The position numbers were made by a program, and so were the translations under genes. A model generated the notes under the pieces. The model saw nothing but the letters and a program-made list of their open reading frames with translations. It made no database searches and had not been told where the DNA came from. Below are positions 12,670-25,340 of a DNA stretch of 64,000 bases, piece after piece; position 1 is the first letter of the stretch, and each line of letters opens with the position of its first letter. This stretch comes from Octopus sinensis (Eukaryota), in the NCBI RefSeq assembly GCF_006345805.1, contig NW_021833454.1:1-64000 (forward strand), in the 5' to 3' direction.

Positions 12670-14040
12670 GAAGGCCCGTGTCTTAGTGGTTAGGGTATTT
12701 TAGGCTAACGTACGAGGGGCGTTCAATAAGTAATGCCCCTGACCCACTTGCAGTTGTTTGATCTAGCTAAAATTTTGCATGTGCACTTATTTATACCTCT
12801 ATAGATTAAGTGGCGAATTACAGCTCCCAGATCTGGTCGCCCCCTTCTGTCGTTGATGAGACGTCTGTCCGTCAAGTTGAGGCTGCCATTTTGGAAGGTC
12901 AACGCATAACTATTCGCCAAATAGCCCATAAGGTCAAGATTAGTACCGGGTCTGTGGAAACTATCATTCATGACCATTTGCATATACAAAAGGTGTCTGC
13001 CAGATGGATTTCCAGGTTGCTCACACCTTTCCAGAAGCAAGAACGCGTTGAGTGCTCGAGGATAAATTTGGAGATGTGCCAAGAAGATGAGTCAAAATTT
13101 TTCAAAAGACTGATCACACAGGATAAAACCTGGGTCCATCACTATGATCCATAGACCAAAGCCCAGTCAATGCAGTGAAAGCACCGTGACTCACCTCCTC
13201 CAAAGAAGGCAAGAGTGCAGTCCTCCGCTGACAAGGTTATGCTCACAGTCTTCTGGGACCAGGATGGAGTAGTGATGACAGATTTTCTGGCAAAGGGTAC
13301 CACAATTACAGGAGCCTATTATGCTTCACTTTTGAGGAAATTAAGAGTAGCTATCAAAATCAAGAGGCGGGGCAAGATCAGCAAAGGCATCCTCCTCCTG
13401 CAGGACAACGCTCCGGTCCACAACTCGCGTGTCGCCAGATCAGAAGCACAGGCGTGCGGCTATGAACTCATCCCCCCCATCCCCCCTACTCTCCTGACCT
13501 CGCACCCTCTGATTTTCACCTCTTCCCAGCCATGAAGTTGATTTTGAAAGGAAAGCGTTTCCCAGATGATGCAGCCTTGATTTCTGAAGTCACGTCGTGG
13601 TTGGAGGACCAAGCTGGGGTCTTCTACAAAAACGGTCTCCAGAGCTGTATCAAACGATGGGAGAAATGCATAACTCTGAGTAGTTCCTATGTAAGAAAAG
13701 ACTAATAACTGTGCCAAGTGTCGTTGCTCTACTGCTATGGGAAGTGGGTCAGGGGCATTACTTATTGAACGCCCCTCGTAAGGTCGTGAGTTCAATTCTC
13801 GGCGGTACCTTGTGTCCTTGAGCAAGACACTTTACTTCACGTTGCTCCAGTCCACCCAGTTGGCAAAAATAAGTAGTATCTGTATTTCAAAGGGTCAGCC
13901 TTATGCCTTGCCACATTCTGTGTCATGCTGAATCTACTTGAGACCTACGTTAAGTGTACGTGTGTCTGCGGAGCACTCAGCCACTTGTATGTTAATTTAA
14001 CGAACAGTTTGTTCCGTCAATCGGATCGACTGGAACCCTC
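12670..14040 (+). mobile_element. tRNA-derived SINE split by a mariner insertion
   Basis: A box (CTTAGTGGTTAGG) lies left of 12711. B box (GAGTTCAATTCTC) and TTGAGCAAGACACTTTA lie right of 13780. Confidence 0.75.
12713..13778 (+). mobile_element. Mariner (DD34D, irritans-like) with internal 5' deletion
   Basis: Perfect 37-bp TIRs (12713-12749, 13742-13778) and TA TSD on both sides. Motifs SARWISRLL, TQDKTW, QDNAP and HPPYSPDLAPSD (across a frameshift). N-terminal HTH is missing and several stops are present. Confidence 0.95.
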
Positions 14041-14775
14041 GGTATTTTTTTGGTTATCTCGCCCCCATTCAAAAATTGGGTTTATGTTTCGACAAGGGAT
14101 TGGATTAAAAGGGTTAGATCCATTTAGTTGAATACTTCAACACATTATTGACTTTTGGCCTCCTCAGTAGCCATGCCATCATTTGTTATAAAAATATTAT
14201 CAGGTTCAATAAGATGTCTCATCTTTTCAGCTTTCCTGTTTATTAAATTTTTCTTTTTTTTTTTAATGGGGGTCAGATAACCAAAAAGGACTTAACCTTC
14301 GTCGTCGTGACCGACGGAATGCCAGTTTTGTGTGTATATAAAGTATGTACGGATGCATGCCTGTAGTTGTGTGTGTGTGTGAGAGTGAGAGAGTGTGAGA
14401 GAGAGAGTGAGAGAAAGTGTGTGTGTGAGAGAGAGAGGGTGAGAGAGAGTGTGTGTGTGTGTGTGTGTGTGTAACAATGTAGCAATAGGTTGCGTAGGTT
14501 CCCATCCATCAAATGACCTCCATGTTTAGAACTGCTGACACATGTTAACACTAAACAACTCGGGTCACCTGACATGATCTGATGTGTTTTGGTTTTCGCT
14601 GTTCGTCAGGAATTTAACGGTTTATGGCACCAGCTTGGTTGTTGGTCTCAACTTGTCAGTGTACACTGGCTGATAGCAACAACAACAACTACAAGAACAT
14701 CAACGATGACAGCCAACAACAATAACAACAACAACTGCAACGGCAATAACAGTAGAAGAAACAACAACGACGATA

Positions 14776-16064
14776 TTAGGTTGTCAAGAAAGTTCTTGTG
14801 GAATTTTAAATTTTCGTTTTAAATTATGTATTTTCAACTTAATTTTCGTTAAATTACTTTGACTTTATATATCATTTTAAAGCCCGTTTTTCGCTCTATT
14901 TAATCGTGTTACTATTTTTCTTTTTGAATATTTAGGCCATTTTTTCCGGAACATTGAATACAACATGGACAAAAAACAAATTTGCGCAATTCTCTTATTC
15001 CAGTTCAAGCTAGCCCGAAAAGCTGTTGAAAGAGCTCGCGATATCAACGATGTGTTTGGCCCAAGAACCACTAATGAACGTACAGCACAATGGTGGTTCA
15101 AAAAATTTCGTAGCGGTGATGAGAGTCTTGAAGATGATAAGCGTAGTGGTCGGCCATCGGATGTTGACAACGATCAACTGAGAGCCTTAGTGGAAGCCAA
15201 TCCACGCACAACTGTTCGAGAGCTTGCTTCTGAATTAGACGTAACGTACACAACAATTTCCAAGCACTTGAAAGGGATTGGAAAAACAAAAATACTTGAG
15301 AAATGGGTGCTGCACAAATTGAAGGACAACCAAAAAAATAAAAATAAAAATAAAAAAGCGCCGTTTTGAAGTGTCGTCTTCCCTTCTTTTAAGCAACAGG
15401 AACGACCCGTTTCTCAACCGGATTGTGACTTGCGATGAAAAGTGGAATTTTTACGACAACCGGCTCAGTGGTTGGACGCCGACGAAGCTCCACGGCACTC
15501 CCCGAAGACAAAGTTGCACCAAAAGAAAGTCATGGTGACTGTTTGGTCGTCTGCGGCCGGTCTCATCCATCACAGCTTTTTGGATCCAGGTGAAACCATT
15601 ACGGCGGAGAAGTACAGTCAGTAAATGGATGAAATGCATAAAAAACTCCGACAACAACAGCCAGCATTGGTCAATAGAAAAGGTCCAATTCTTCTCTACG
15701 ACAACACTCGGCCACACGTTGCACAACTGACCCTGCAGAAGTTGAACGAATTGGGCTACGAAACTCTGCCTCATCCACCATATTCACCAGACCTCTCGCC
15801 TACCGATTACCACTTTTCCAGCATCTCGACAACTTCTTGCGTGAGAAATGCTTCAAAAAACCAAGATGATGCCAAACACGCCTTCAATAACTTCATCGCC
15901 ACCAAAACGCAGGATTTTTATGCTACTGGCATAAATAAACTTGTTTCGAGTTGGCAAAAGTATGTTGATTCTGATAGTGTTTATTTCGATTAATAAAGTT
16001 TTTTTGTTTGAGCCGAGATATGTGCATCTGAATTAAAACCGCAAGAACTTTCTTGACAACCTAA
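14776..16064 (+). mobile_element. Full-length mariner (cecropia / Hsmar1-like), 1289 bp
   Basis: 26-bp TIRs TTAGGTTGTCAAGAAAGTTCTTG(T/C)GG. TA on the left, CA on the right. Confidence 0.95.
14965..15993 (+). pseudogene. Disrupted mariner transposase
   Basis: MDKKQI..QWWFKKF..GDESLED..RSGRP, VTCDEKW, KKVMVTVW, NRKGPILLYDN, HPPYSPDLSPTDYHF, VYFD*. Broken by an (AAAAAT)n expansion near 15330-15357, stops and frameshifts. Confidence 0.9.
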
Positions 16065-16066
16065 CA

Positions 16067-16457
16067 GCTGTGTGGTAAGAAGTTTGCATTCCGACCACAT
16101 GGTTCCGTGTTCAATCCATCTGCGAGGCACTTTGGGCAAATATCTTCTACTACAGCCTTGGGCTGACCAAAGCCTTGTCAGTGAATTTCGTAGACGGAAA
16201 CATGTAATTGTGTATGTATGCATGTATGTGTGTGTGTGTGGTATATATGTGTCCGTGTGTGTTTGTTCCCTACCACTGCTTGGCAACCGGTGTTAGTGTG
16301 TTTACATCCTCATAACCTAGCAGTTCAACAAAAGAGACCGATAAAGTAAGTACTAGACATAAATAAAAAAAGGTACTGGTATTGATTCATTCAACTAGTA
16401 GATTCGTTAACGCAGTGCCCCAGCATGGCCGCAATCTAATGACTGACAAGTAAAAAC
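16067..16457 (+). mobile_element. tRNA-derived SINE with internal (TG/TA) tract
   Basis: Head CTGTGTGGTAAGAAG...GTTCAATCC, body TTGGGCAA, tail CAGCATGGCCGCA. Confidence 0.8.
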
Positions 16458-17144
16458 ATAACAGATGTAGAAGCATCTGTAAATCTTGCAAAACCATAAA
16501 TCTACACCTGAGAAGTCCTTTATTGGTGTTTTTATTAGAAGAACATCTGTTTTGGTCATAGAGGGACCCTCATGAGGGTGGCGGCCCTGGCTTCAATGAC
16601 TGCTCTTGAATATGCTCCCTACTAGTCTAATCCTGGGGCCACTTCTACATTGAATTTGTTTTTCTTCATCACCAATCCTTGGCCTCTCTTCTCATTTTTT
16701 TTCTAAATTCTTGTCCGGTTCTCGTCTCCAATGGGAACAATCATAAGCGATATCAATTCTACATTTCTGAGATGAAGAATTTAAAATATTGCATCAGTCG
16801 CAATGGGGTCCTTATCTTGCTTCTTCCTTTCACTACGTTTCGGCTGTCTTTGGGTGTTTTGTGATTCACCTTAGTGCCTTGCCTGAGATTGAACTCATAA
16901 CCTCTAGGTGACCCTGCTGCATTAACCAGCCCATTTACACACTATGCTATACCCTTATGCAGTGACAGAACGAATTTTGAAGGCTTATAAACCTCCATTG
17001 ATGTCTTATATCGGTTCCCTACTGATTGAATAAATACAATTCTATATCTCTGACATGAGGAATACAATTTTATATAGTAATTGGAACTGTGTCTTATAAT
17101 AATAATGAAATTATTGTATCCAGTACTCGGATGATTGTTGCTTT

Positions 17145-17381
17145 GTTGCTCTCCCTGCACAAAACATCTCGAGATGGCTGCAGCGTTACACATCCAAAGC
17201 TTAGCGACAGCAACAATCAAGATGAGGACAACATTCTGTGAAGGTGCTGCCCGCCAGTCTGCATGATGAATGTATATTATGCGTTAATCGGAATTGTGTC
17301 CTCATCTTGATTGTTGCTTTCACTACGTTGCGGCTGTGAACACTCCAGCCTTCATCAAGTGTTTTGTGCAGTGAGAGCAAC
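17145..17381. mobile_element. Diverged inverted pair of Penelope-type terminal repeat
   Basis: 17145-17236 aligns with the reverse complement of 17291-17381. A related fragment near 16810-16850 retains GAAACGTA. Confidence 0.6.
17321..17361 (-). ncRNA. Type I hammerhead-like motif (UUGAUGA core)
   Basis: CAC-TTGATGA-A-GGCTG(GAGTGTTCA)CAGCC-GCAA-CG-TA-GTG. GAAA is mutated to GCAA in this copy. Confidence 0.5.
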
Positions 17382-18127
17382 AATCAAGATGGAGACACCA
17401 CTCCTACTAATACATAATATCAGCAACGAACTTCCACTTTTCGGTTTTCATGTAAGGAGAGTTCATATCTCTCTTGTGGACAACTCTGAAACAGAAATGT
17501 GGCCGTTTTTGTGTTTCCTTGCCAGAAGTTAGCTCAACATACAGCAGGTCTCAGTGAGGTCGTGGGGTGGTAGCGAGCGTAAACGCTCACGGCTAAGAAC
17601 TGCTTCTTATGATAAGCATCTCAAACAGCCTCTGAGAACCAACTCCAACTCCTGGACTTCTCAAGGGCCTCTAAGTTCGGTGGAACATTGTACTGAACGG
17701 AGAAGGGGAGAAGGTGGGTGCTGGCACCGTAAAGCCAGAGCTTCAGGTAGCTGAAACTCGCCATCTTGACAAAGCAAGATCATCTATACCAGGGCAAATT
17801 CTGACTTCAAATCTCTGCTGTGTTACAGCCATACCCTACCCATGGGAAAGCCTTCGGGTGGAAACCCTGTGAAAAAACCTGGAACTGTACTGGTACTCGC
17901 CCTTCTCTTGGACAACATTGAGATACAATCACGTATATGTATGTATGTACGTCATTGTTCAGTTTCATTTCAAGATTTCTTGCCAATAGAGAAAGAGCCG
18001 GTTTCTACCCTAGATTCAAGGCTCCATCATTGGAATCTCAACATCAACATCAGAGTATGTATGTATGTATGTATGTATGTATGTATGTATGTATGTATGT
18101 ATGTATGTATGTATGTATGTATGTATG

Positions 18128-18161
<34 letters not shown>

Positions 18162-18352
18162 TATATGTATGTATGCAGGTATGTATGTATGTATATATGT
18201 ATGTATGTATGTATGTATATATGTGTGTATGTATGTATGTATGTATGTATGTATGTATGTTGTATGTATGTATGTATGTATGTATGTATATATGTATGTA
18301 TGCAGGTATGTATATATGTATGTATGTATGTATGTACGTATGTATGTATGTA

Positions 18353-18385
<33 letters not shown>

Positions 18386-18668
18386 TGTATGTATATATGT
18401 ATGTATGGAGGTATGTATGTATGTATGTATGTATGTATGTATATGTAATAGTATGTATGTATGTATGTATGTATGTATGTTTGTATGTTGTATGTATGTA
18501 TATATGTATGTGTATGTATGTGTATGTATGTATGTATGTGTATGTATGTATGTATGTATGTATGTATGTATGTATGTATGTATGTATGTATGTATGTATA
18601 TATGTATGTATGCAGGTATGTATGTATGTATATATGTATGTATGTATGTATGTACGTATGTATGTATG

Positions 18669-18702
<34 letters not shown>

Positions 18703-18958
18703 TATATGTATGTATGCAGGTATGTATGTATGTATGTATGTATGTATATATGTATGTATGCAGGTATGTATGTATGTATATATGTATGTATGTATGTATG
18801 TATATATGTATGTATGCAGGTATGTATGTATGTATGTATGTATGTATGTATATATGTGTATGTATGTATGTATGTATGTATGTATGTATGTATGTATGTA
18901 TGTATGTATGTATGTATGTATATATGTATGTATGTATGTATGTACGTATGTATGTATG

Positions 18959-18992
<34 letters not shown>

Positions 18993-19034
18993 TATATGTA
19001 TGTATGCAGGTATGTATGTATGTATGTATGTATG

Positions 19035-19068
<34 letters not shown>

Positions 19069-19171
19069 TGTATATATGTATGTATGCAGGTATGTATGTA
19101 TGTATGTATGTATGTATGTATGTATGTATGTATGTATGTATATATGTGTGTATATATGTATGTATGTATGT

Positions 19172-19481
19172 ATATGTGTACATTTATATGTTTTGCTTTA
19201 TGTATATGTCTTCTCCTGCATATAGTTGCACATCTAGACATGCTCATATATATTTAAATGATAAACTTCTGCAAAGTTTTACAGATTTTTACAGTTCCAG
19301 TGATGAACTGGACCTATAGTCTTCAAATTAGCTTTCTTCTTTCTGGTTTTGAGAAGTCTAATTTCTCAAGATTGGTATTTAGGCAGTGTGTTACATATCC
19401 CAGGGCCTCAATAATTACAGGTATAAACCTGAATTTGTAATCTGGAGAGGGTAACTGCAGATTTCTCAATAGTTCAGCTTT
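19172..19481 (-). mobile_element. 3' end of RLE-type non-LTR retrotransposon (R4/Dong-like), copy 1
   Basis: Minus frame 19481-19254: KAELLRNLQLPSPDYKFRFIPVIIEALGYVTHCLNTNLEKLDFSKPERRKLI*RL*VQFITGTVKICKTLQKFII*. Matches the PVIIGALG...LQ...GT.KI C-terminus of RLE ORFs. Followed by 82 nt and then (CATA)n. Confidence 0.75.
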
Positions 19482-19602
19482 GTATGTTTGTATGTATGTA
19501 TGTATGTATGTATGTATGTATGTATGTATGTATGTATGTATGTGTGTATGTATGTATGTATGTATGTATGTATGTATGTATGTATGTGTGTGTGTATGTA
19601 TG

Positions 19603-19636
<34 letters not shown>

Positions 19637-19706
19637 TATATGTATGTATGCAGGTATGTATGTATGTATATATGTATGTATGTATGTATGTACGTATGTA
19701 TGTATG

Positions 19707-19737
<31 letters not shown>

Positions 19738-19814
19738 ATATGTATGTATGCAGGTATGTATGTATGTATGTATGTATGTATGTATGTATGTATGTATGTT
19801 TGTATGTATGTATG

Positions 19815-19848
<34 letters not shown>

Positions 19849-19858
19849 TGTATGTATG

Positions 19859-19892
<34 letters not shown>

Positions 19893-19898
19893 TGTATG

Positions 19899-19932
<34 letters not shown>

Positions 19933-19982
19933 TGTATGTATGTATGTATGTATATATGTATGTATGCAGGTATGTATGTATG

Positions 19983-20016
<34 letters not shown>

Positions 20017-20022
20017 TGTATG

Positions 20023-20053
<31 letters not shown>

Positions 20054-20130
20054 ATATGTATGTATGCAGGTATGTATGTATGTATGTATGTATGTATGTA
20101 TATATGTATGTATGCAGGTATGTATGTATG

Positions 20131-20161
<31 letters not shown>

Positions 20162-20318
20162 ATATGTATGTATGCAGGTATGTATGTATGTATGTATGTA
20201 TGTATATATGTGTGTATGTATGTATGTATGCATGTATGTATGTATGTATGTATGTATGTATGTATGTATGTATGTATGTATATATGTATGTATGTATGTA
20301 TGTACGTATGTATGTATG

Positions 20319-20349
<31 letters not shown>

Positions 20350-20386
20350 ATATGTATGTATGCAGGTATGTATGTATGTATGTATG

Positions 20387-20420
<34 letters not shown>

Positions 20421-20550
20421 TATATGTATGTATGCAGGTATGTATGTATGTATGTATGTATGTATGTATGTATGTATGTATATATGTATGTATGCAGGTA
20501 TGTATGTATGTATGTATGTATGTATGTATGTAGTATGTATGTATGTATGT

Positions 20551-20865
20551 ATATGTGTACATTTATATGTTTTGCTTTATGTATATGTCTTCTCCTGCAT
20601 ATAGTTGCACATCTAGACATGCTCATATATATTTAAATGATAAACTTCTGCAAAGTTTTACAGATTTTTACAGTTCCAGTGATGAACTGGACCTATAGTC
20701 TTCAAATTAGCTTTCTTCTTTCTTCTTTCTGGTTTTGAGAAGTCTAATTTCTCAAGATTGGTATTTAGGCAGTGTGTTACATATCCCGGGCCTCAATAAT
20801 TACAGGTATAAACCTGAATTTGTAATCTGGAGAGGGAACTGCAGATTTCTCAATAGTTCAGCTTT
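20551..20865 (-). mobile_element. 3' end of RLE-type non-LTR retrotransposon, copy 2
   Basis: Same endpoints as copy 1. Differs by a 7-bp duplication and two 1-bp deletions. Period 1379 bp. Confidence 0.75.
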
Positions 20866-21098
20866 GTATGTTTGTATGTATGTAGTATGTATGTATGTAT
20901 GTATGTATGTATGTATGTATGTATGTATGTATGTATGTATTTGTGTGTATGTATGTATGTATGGTATGTATGTATGTGTGTTATGTATGTATGTATGTAT
21001 GTATGTTGATGTGTGTATGTATGTATGTATGTATGTATGTTGTATGTATGTGTGTTATATGTATGTATGTATGTAGGTATGTATGTATGTATGTATGT

Positions 21099-21130
<32 letters not shown>

Positions 21131-22731
21131 TGTATGTATGTATGTGTGTATGTATGTATGATGTATTAATTGTATGTATGTATGTATGTATGTATGTATG
21201 TGTATGTGTGTATGTATGTATGTATGTAGTATGTATGTATGTGTGTGTGTATGTATGTATGTTGTATGTATATATGTATGGATGTATGTATGTATGTATG
21301 TATGTATGTATGTATGTTATGTATGATGTATGTATGTGTGTATGTGTGTATGTATGTATGTATGTTGTATGTATGTATGTATGTGTGTATGTATGTATGT
21401 ATGTATGTATGTGTGTATGTATGTATGTATGTATGTATGTATGTATGTATGCGTGTATGTATGTATGTATGTATGTATGTATGTATGTATGTATGTGTGT
21501 ATGTATGTATGTATGTATGTGTGTATGTATGTATGTATGTATGTATTATGTAATATGTGTGTATAGTATGTATGTATGTATGTATGTATGTATGTATGTA
21601 TGTATATATTGTGTATGTATGTATGTACGTATGTATGTATGTAATATGTATGTATGTATGTATGTATGTATATATGTATGTATGCAGTATGTATGTATGT
21701 ATGTATGTATGTATGTATGTATGTATGTATGTGTGTGTATGTATGTATGTATGTATGTATGTATGTGTGTATGTATGTATGTATGTGTGTATGTATTATG
21801 TGTGTGTGTATGTATGTATGTATGTATGTATGTATGTGTGTGTGTGTATATATGCATGTACGCATATGGTAAATGTATGTGATAGGCAAGTATGCATTTA
21901 TGTATGTGCATATATAAGTGAGTGTGTGTGTGTGCGCGCGCGAGCCTATCTGTGTATGCGTGTCTTTACAATTGTTTGCCCCCCACCACCGCTTGACAAA
22001 CGGTGTTGGTGCGTTTATGTCCCCATAACCTATAGGTTCGGTGAACGATACCTATAGAATAGGAACCAGTTTAAAAATAAATAAAATCGTTCAAGGCCGT
22101 GCCTCATCATAGCCGCAGCCTAGTGACTGAAACAAATGAAAGATAACACACACACACACATCAACCAAAGATAATTATGTTATGTGACAGACACGCAGAT
22201 AAATTATGGTTAACATGTTAACATATTTAACACAAGGAATATTAAAAATCTAAAAAAAAATCTAATTAGAAATAACTATAATTAACTGGTGTTAGTGATA
22301 TAAAAATTTACTAATGAAACGACAAAACAAGGTTAATTAATGAGAAATGTTATTTTCATTAGAAACACTAATTTAAGACAGGAACCAATAATAATTGAGT
22401 GGATTTTTTACATCATCGACTGAAATTTGTAAGGGAAATAATTCTTTATATGTTTCGGTTTTATTCTGATTGAAAGGTTTTACACATTGATGCATAATTC
22501 GGTTAGGAATTTAATGATAATTAGGATAATGTCATGAAGTAGAAATTAGTAATAAGTAGAAAGTGACCTTAACATTATTGTCTTATCTCTACATTATTGT
22601 TATGACATCATAACTATTATAATGCTGATGATTTTAATTATCAAAGTATGTGTAATTCCGATTATAACAGTAATTATCAAAATGATTTCACAGATAATAT
22701 AATTGTAATTGTTAAAGTCCTTTGTGTGCGC

Positions 22732-22782
<51 letters not shown>

Positions 22783-22838
22783 TGTGTGTGTGTGGCACAG
22801 ATGAAGAGAAGGTCTGTGTGTATCCGTGCGCATCTGCG

Positions 22839-23344
22839 TGTATACGTGAATGAAAGCAGAAAGTCTATGCGGATCTATCTGCCCGAGAGCGGATGCAACA
22901 TGGTCCTCTGCAAAGAACTTCTCTATCACAGGTCCAAGTTTCGGTTCTACCACGTGGCATCTTGGGCAAGTATTTTTTACCGCAGCCTCGCGTCGGCTTA
23001 TGTCTTCTGATTGAAACTGGATAGACGAAAACTGTAAGGAAGCTCTTCAGAGTGTTTGTACGTATATTCAAAGTGTCACGCTGATTCACAACTGTGAAAT
23101 ACTCGGCCACTTGCAGGTTAATTCAATGAGTAGATGAATTAATCAAAGGACAGAATATATCCATCGTTCAAACCGAAAAACGACGGAGATCCACTGATTA
23201 AGTGTAGGTGTGAGGGCGGGAGAAAGTGTACAAAGACCAGGCCTGGTTTGTGTGTGTGTGGAGGGGATGAAAGACTGTACTTCTCTGTATTAGGGACAGT
23301 TTTATGTGTGTATATTTGTGTTCTTATATACACACATATATATA

Positions 23345-23391
<47 letters not shown>

Positions 23392-23899
23392 GTTTATATA
23401 TATGTGTGTATATAAGAACACAAATATACACACATAAAACTGTCCCTATACAGAGAAGTACAGTCTTTCATCCCCTCCACACACACACAAACCAGGCCTG
23501 GTCTTTGTACACTTTCTCCCGCCCTCACACCTACACTTAATCAGTGGATCTCCGTCGTTTTTCGGTTTGAACGATGGATATATTCTGTCCTTTGATTAAT
23601 TCATCTACTCATTGAATTAACCTGCAAGTGGCCGAGTATTTCACAGTTGTGAATCAGCGTGACACTTTGAATATACGTACAAACACTCTGAAGAGCTTCC
23701 TTACAGTTTTCGTCTATCCAGTTTCAATCAGAAGACATAAGCCGACGCGAGGCTGCGGTAAAAAATACTTGCCCAAGATGCCACGTGGTAGAACCGAAAC
23801 TTGGACCTGTGATAGAGAAGTTCTTTGCAGAGGACCATGTTGCATCCGCTCTCGGGCAGATAGATCCGCATAGACTTTCTGCTTTCATTCACGTATACA
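22839..23899. repeat. 1.06-kb near-perfect palindrome (inverted duplication) centred on (TA)n
   Basis: Identical 81-aa ORFs at 22865-23110(-) and 23628-23873(+). Only a 1-bp indel and one substitution in the central tract were noticed. Confidence 0.95.
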
Positions 23900-24185
23900 T
23901 ATATATATATATGTGTGTGTATATATATATTTATATACATATCTGTGTTTATGCGTGTGTGTTTATGTTTGTCCTCCACAACCGCTTGACAACTAGTGTT
24001 GGTTTGTTTATATCCCCGTAGCTTAGCGGTTCGGAAAAAGTGATCGATAGAATAAGAGGCTTTATAAAGTACTGGGATCGATTCAATTGACTGAAACTTC
24101 TTCAAGGCGGTGCTTCAGCATGGCCGCAGCCTAATGACTGAGACAAGTGAAAAATAAAAGTTAAAAGATCGATCGATCGATAGAC

Positions 24186-24236
<51 letters not shown>

Positions 24237-24266
24237 CAGACAGACAGACAGACAGGCAGACAGACA

Positions 24267-24410
24267 GACGGGCTTCTTTCAGTTTCCATCTACCAAATCC
24301 ACTTACAAGGCTTTGGTCAGCTCGAGGCTATAGAAGAAGACACTTGCCCAAGGTACCACGCAGTGGGACTGAACCCGGAACCATGTGGTTGGGAAGCAAG
24401 CTTCTTACCA
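24267..24410 (-). mobile_element. SINE 5' half
   Basis: Reverse complement of the GTGGTAAGAAGCTTGCTTCCCAACCACATGGTTCCGGGTTCAGTCCC head. Confidence 0.8.
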
Positions 24411-24799
24411 CTACAACACCTACAGATTTTGTATTGAATTCAGACTCACCACCAAAAGCTGCCACGTTTCGGATACGAATACTTTTATGAAAACGGAAAC
24501 CGTATTCGTAAACGGAACGTCATAACTTTCGATGTTGAGTCTGGATTGTATAGAAAATCCATAGAGATGAGCTTCAAAATACGACCATCACATTTGCTAG
24601 CAGCCGCGATTATCAGTTGTGAATTTTTAATATACTTGAAGGTATGTTATTGTTGCAAAACGAGATACTGTGTTCTTGCTAGCAGTTAATATTTAGATAT
24701 ACGTATATGCATATGTATGTATTTATTCTTTTATTTGTTCCAACAAGAAGCTGGATCCATGCTGGAACACCGCTTTTCAGCGCTTTGGGGGTCTCCTTT

Positions 24800-25040
24800 C
24801 GATACTGTTTTTGGTGAAGAAGCGATCTGGACGAAGCTGCTCGTCTTTGTGTCTCCTTCCGCGATGTGGGCTCACCTGGGATTTCCGATGCAAATTTCTC
24901 CAGGTACTTTTTGAAGGTTTCCACATCTACACCTTGCAGGTCCCTTTAACATCCTTGACAGGGTGTTAAACGGTTGTGGTGCCCTGAAACCTAAGCTGTT
25001 GCAATACTGGGTCCTTATCCGAGATGGAGAAAAAGACGTA
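24800..25040 (-). pseudogene. CR1/L2-group LINE ORF2 C-terminal remnant
   Basis: RIRTQYCNSLGFRAPQPFNTL...ETFKKYLEKFASEIPGEP...RAASSRSLLHQ resembles the NSF..RGP.LFN.LP...FK..LD.FL..IPDEP..RAA.SNSL motif. Confidence 0.65.
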
Positions 25041-25340
25041 TATATATAATCTATGTACATAATTGAAATATATATTCTAAAGTTAATTCATAATTAGTTG
25101 CATCCTATTAATGGAAGAATTAAGTGACGAGAGTTTATTAATCTCCAAAGGCATGAGGCGGCCAAAACGGCAGATAAAAGGAAGAAAGACAACAAAACTG
25201 TTCAACAGCATGACTATAGAGATTGCCGTTTGGTGTAATTTCCAAATAATCAGTCTTTGATCTATCATTCAGTAATGATGTCATAAAATTCCAACGCTAA
25301 TTAAAACTAAATGACTACTTGTGTCTTTTATTATTATTAT

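Larger units (their letters stand above)
18056..21860. repeat. Three long (TATG)n arrays (18056-19171, 19482-20550, 20866-21860)
   Basis: Direct reading. Arrays 1 and 2 share the GCAGGT variant unit; array 3 does not. Confidence 0.95.

Noticed and set aside
14084-14171. CTGAGGA-GGC...GTC-GAAACAT on the minus strand
   Set aside because: Stem III and stem I are not recoverable.
19292-19435. Possible C/D snoRNA (GTGATGA...CTGA)
   Set aside because: The sequence is explained by the RLE coding remnant on the opposite strand, and there is no tight terminal stem.
17842-21911. Very long ORFs (MYVC/HTYI repeats, up to 471 aa), and similar ones at 38208-39505 and elsewhere
   Set aside because: They are translations of (TATG)n, (TG)n and (TA)n microsatellites, which lack stop codons in several frames.
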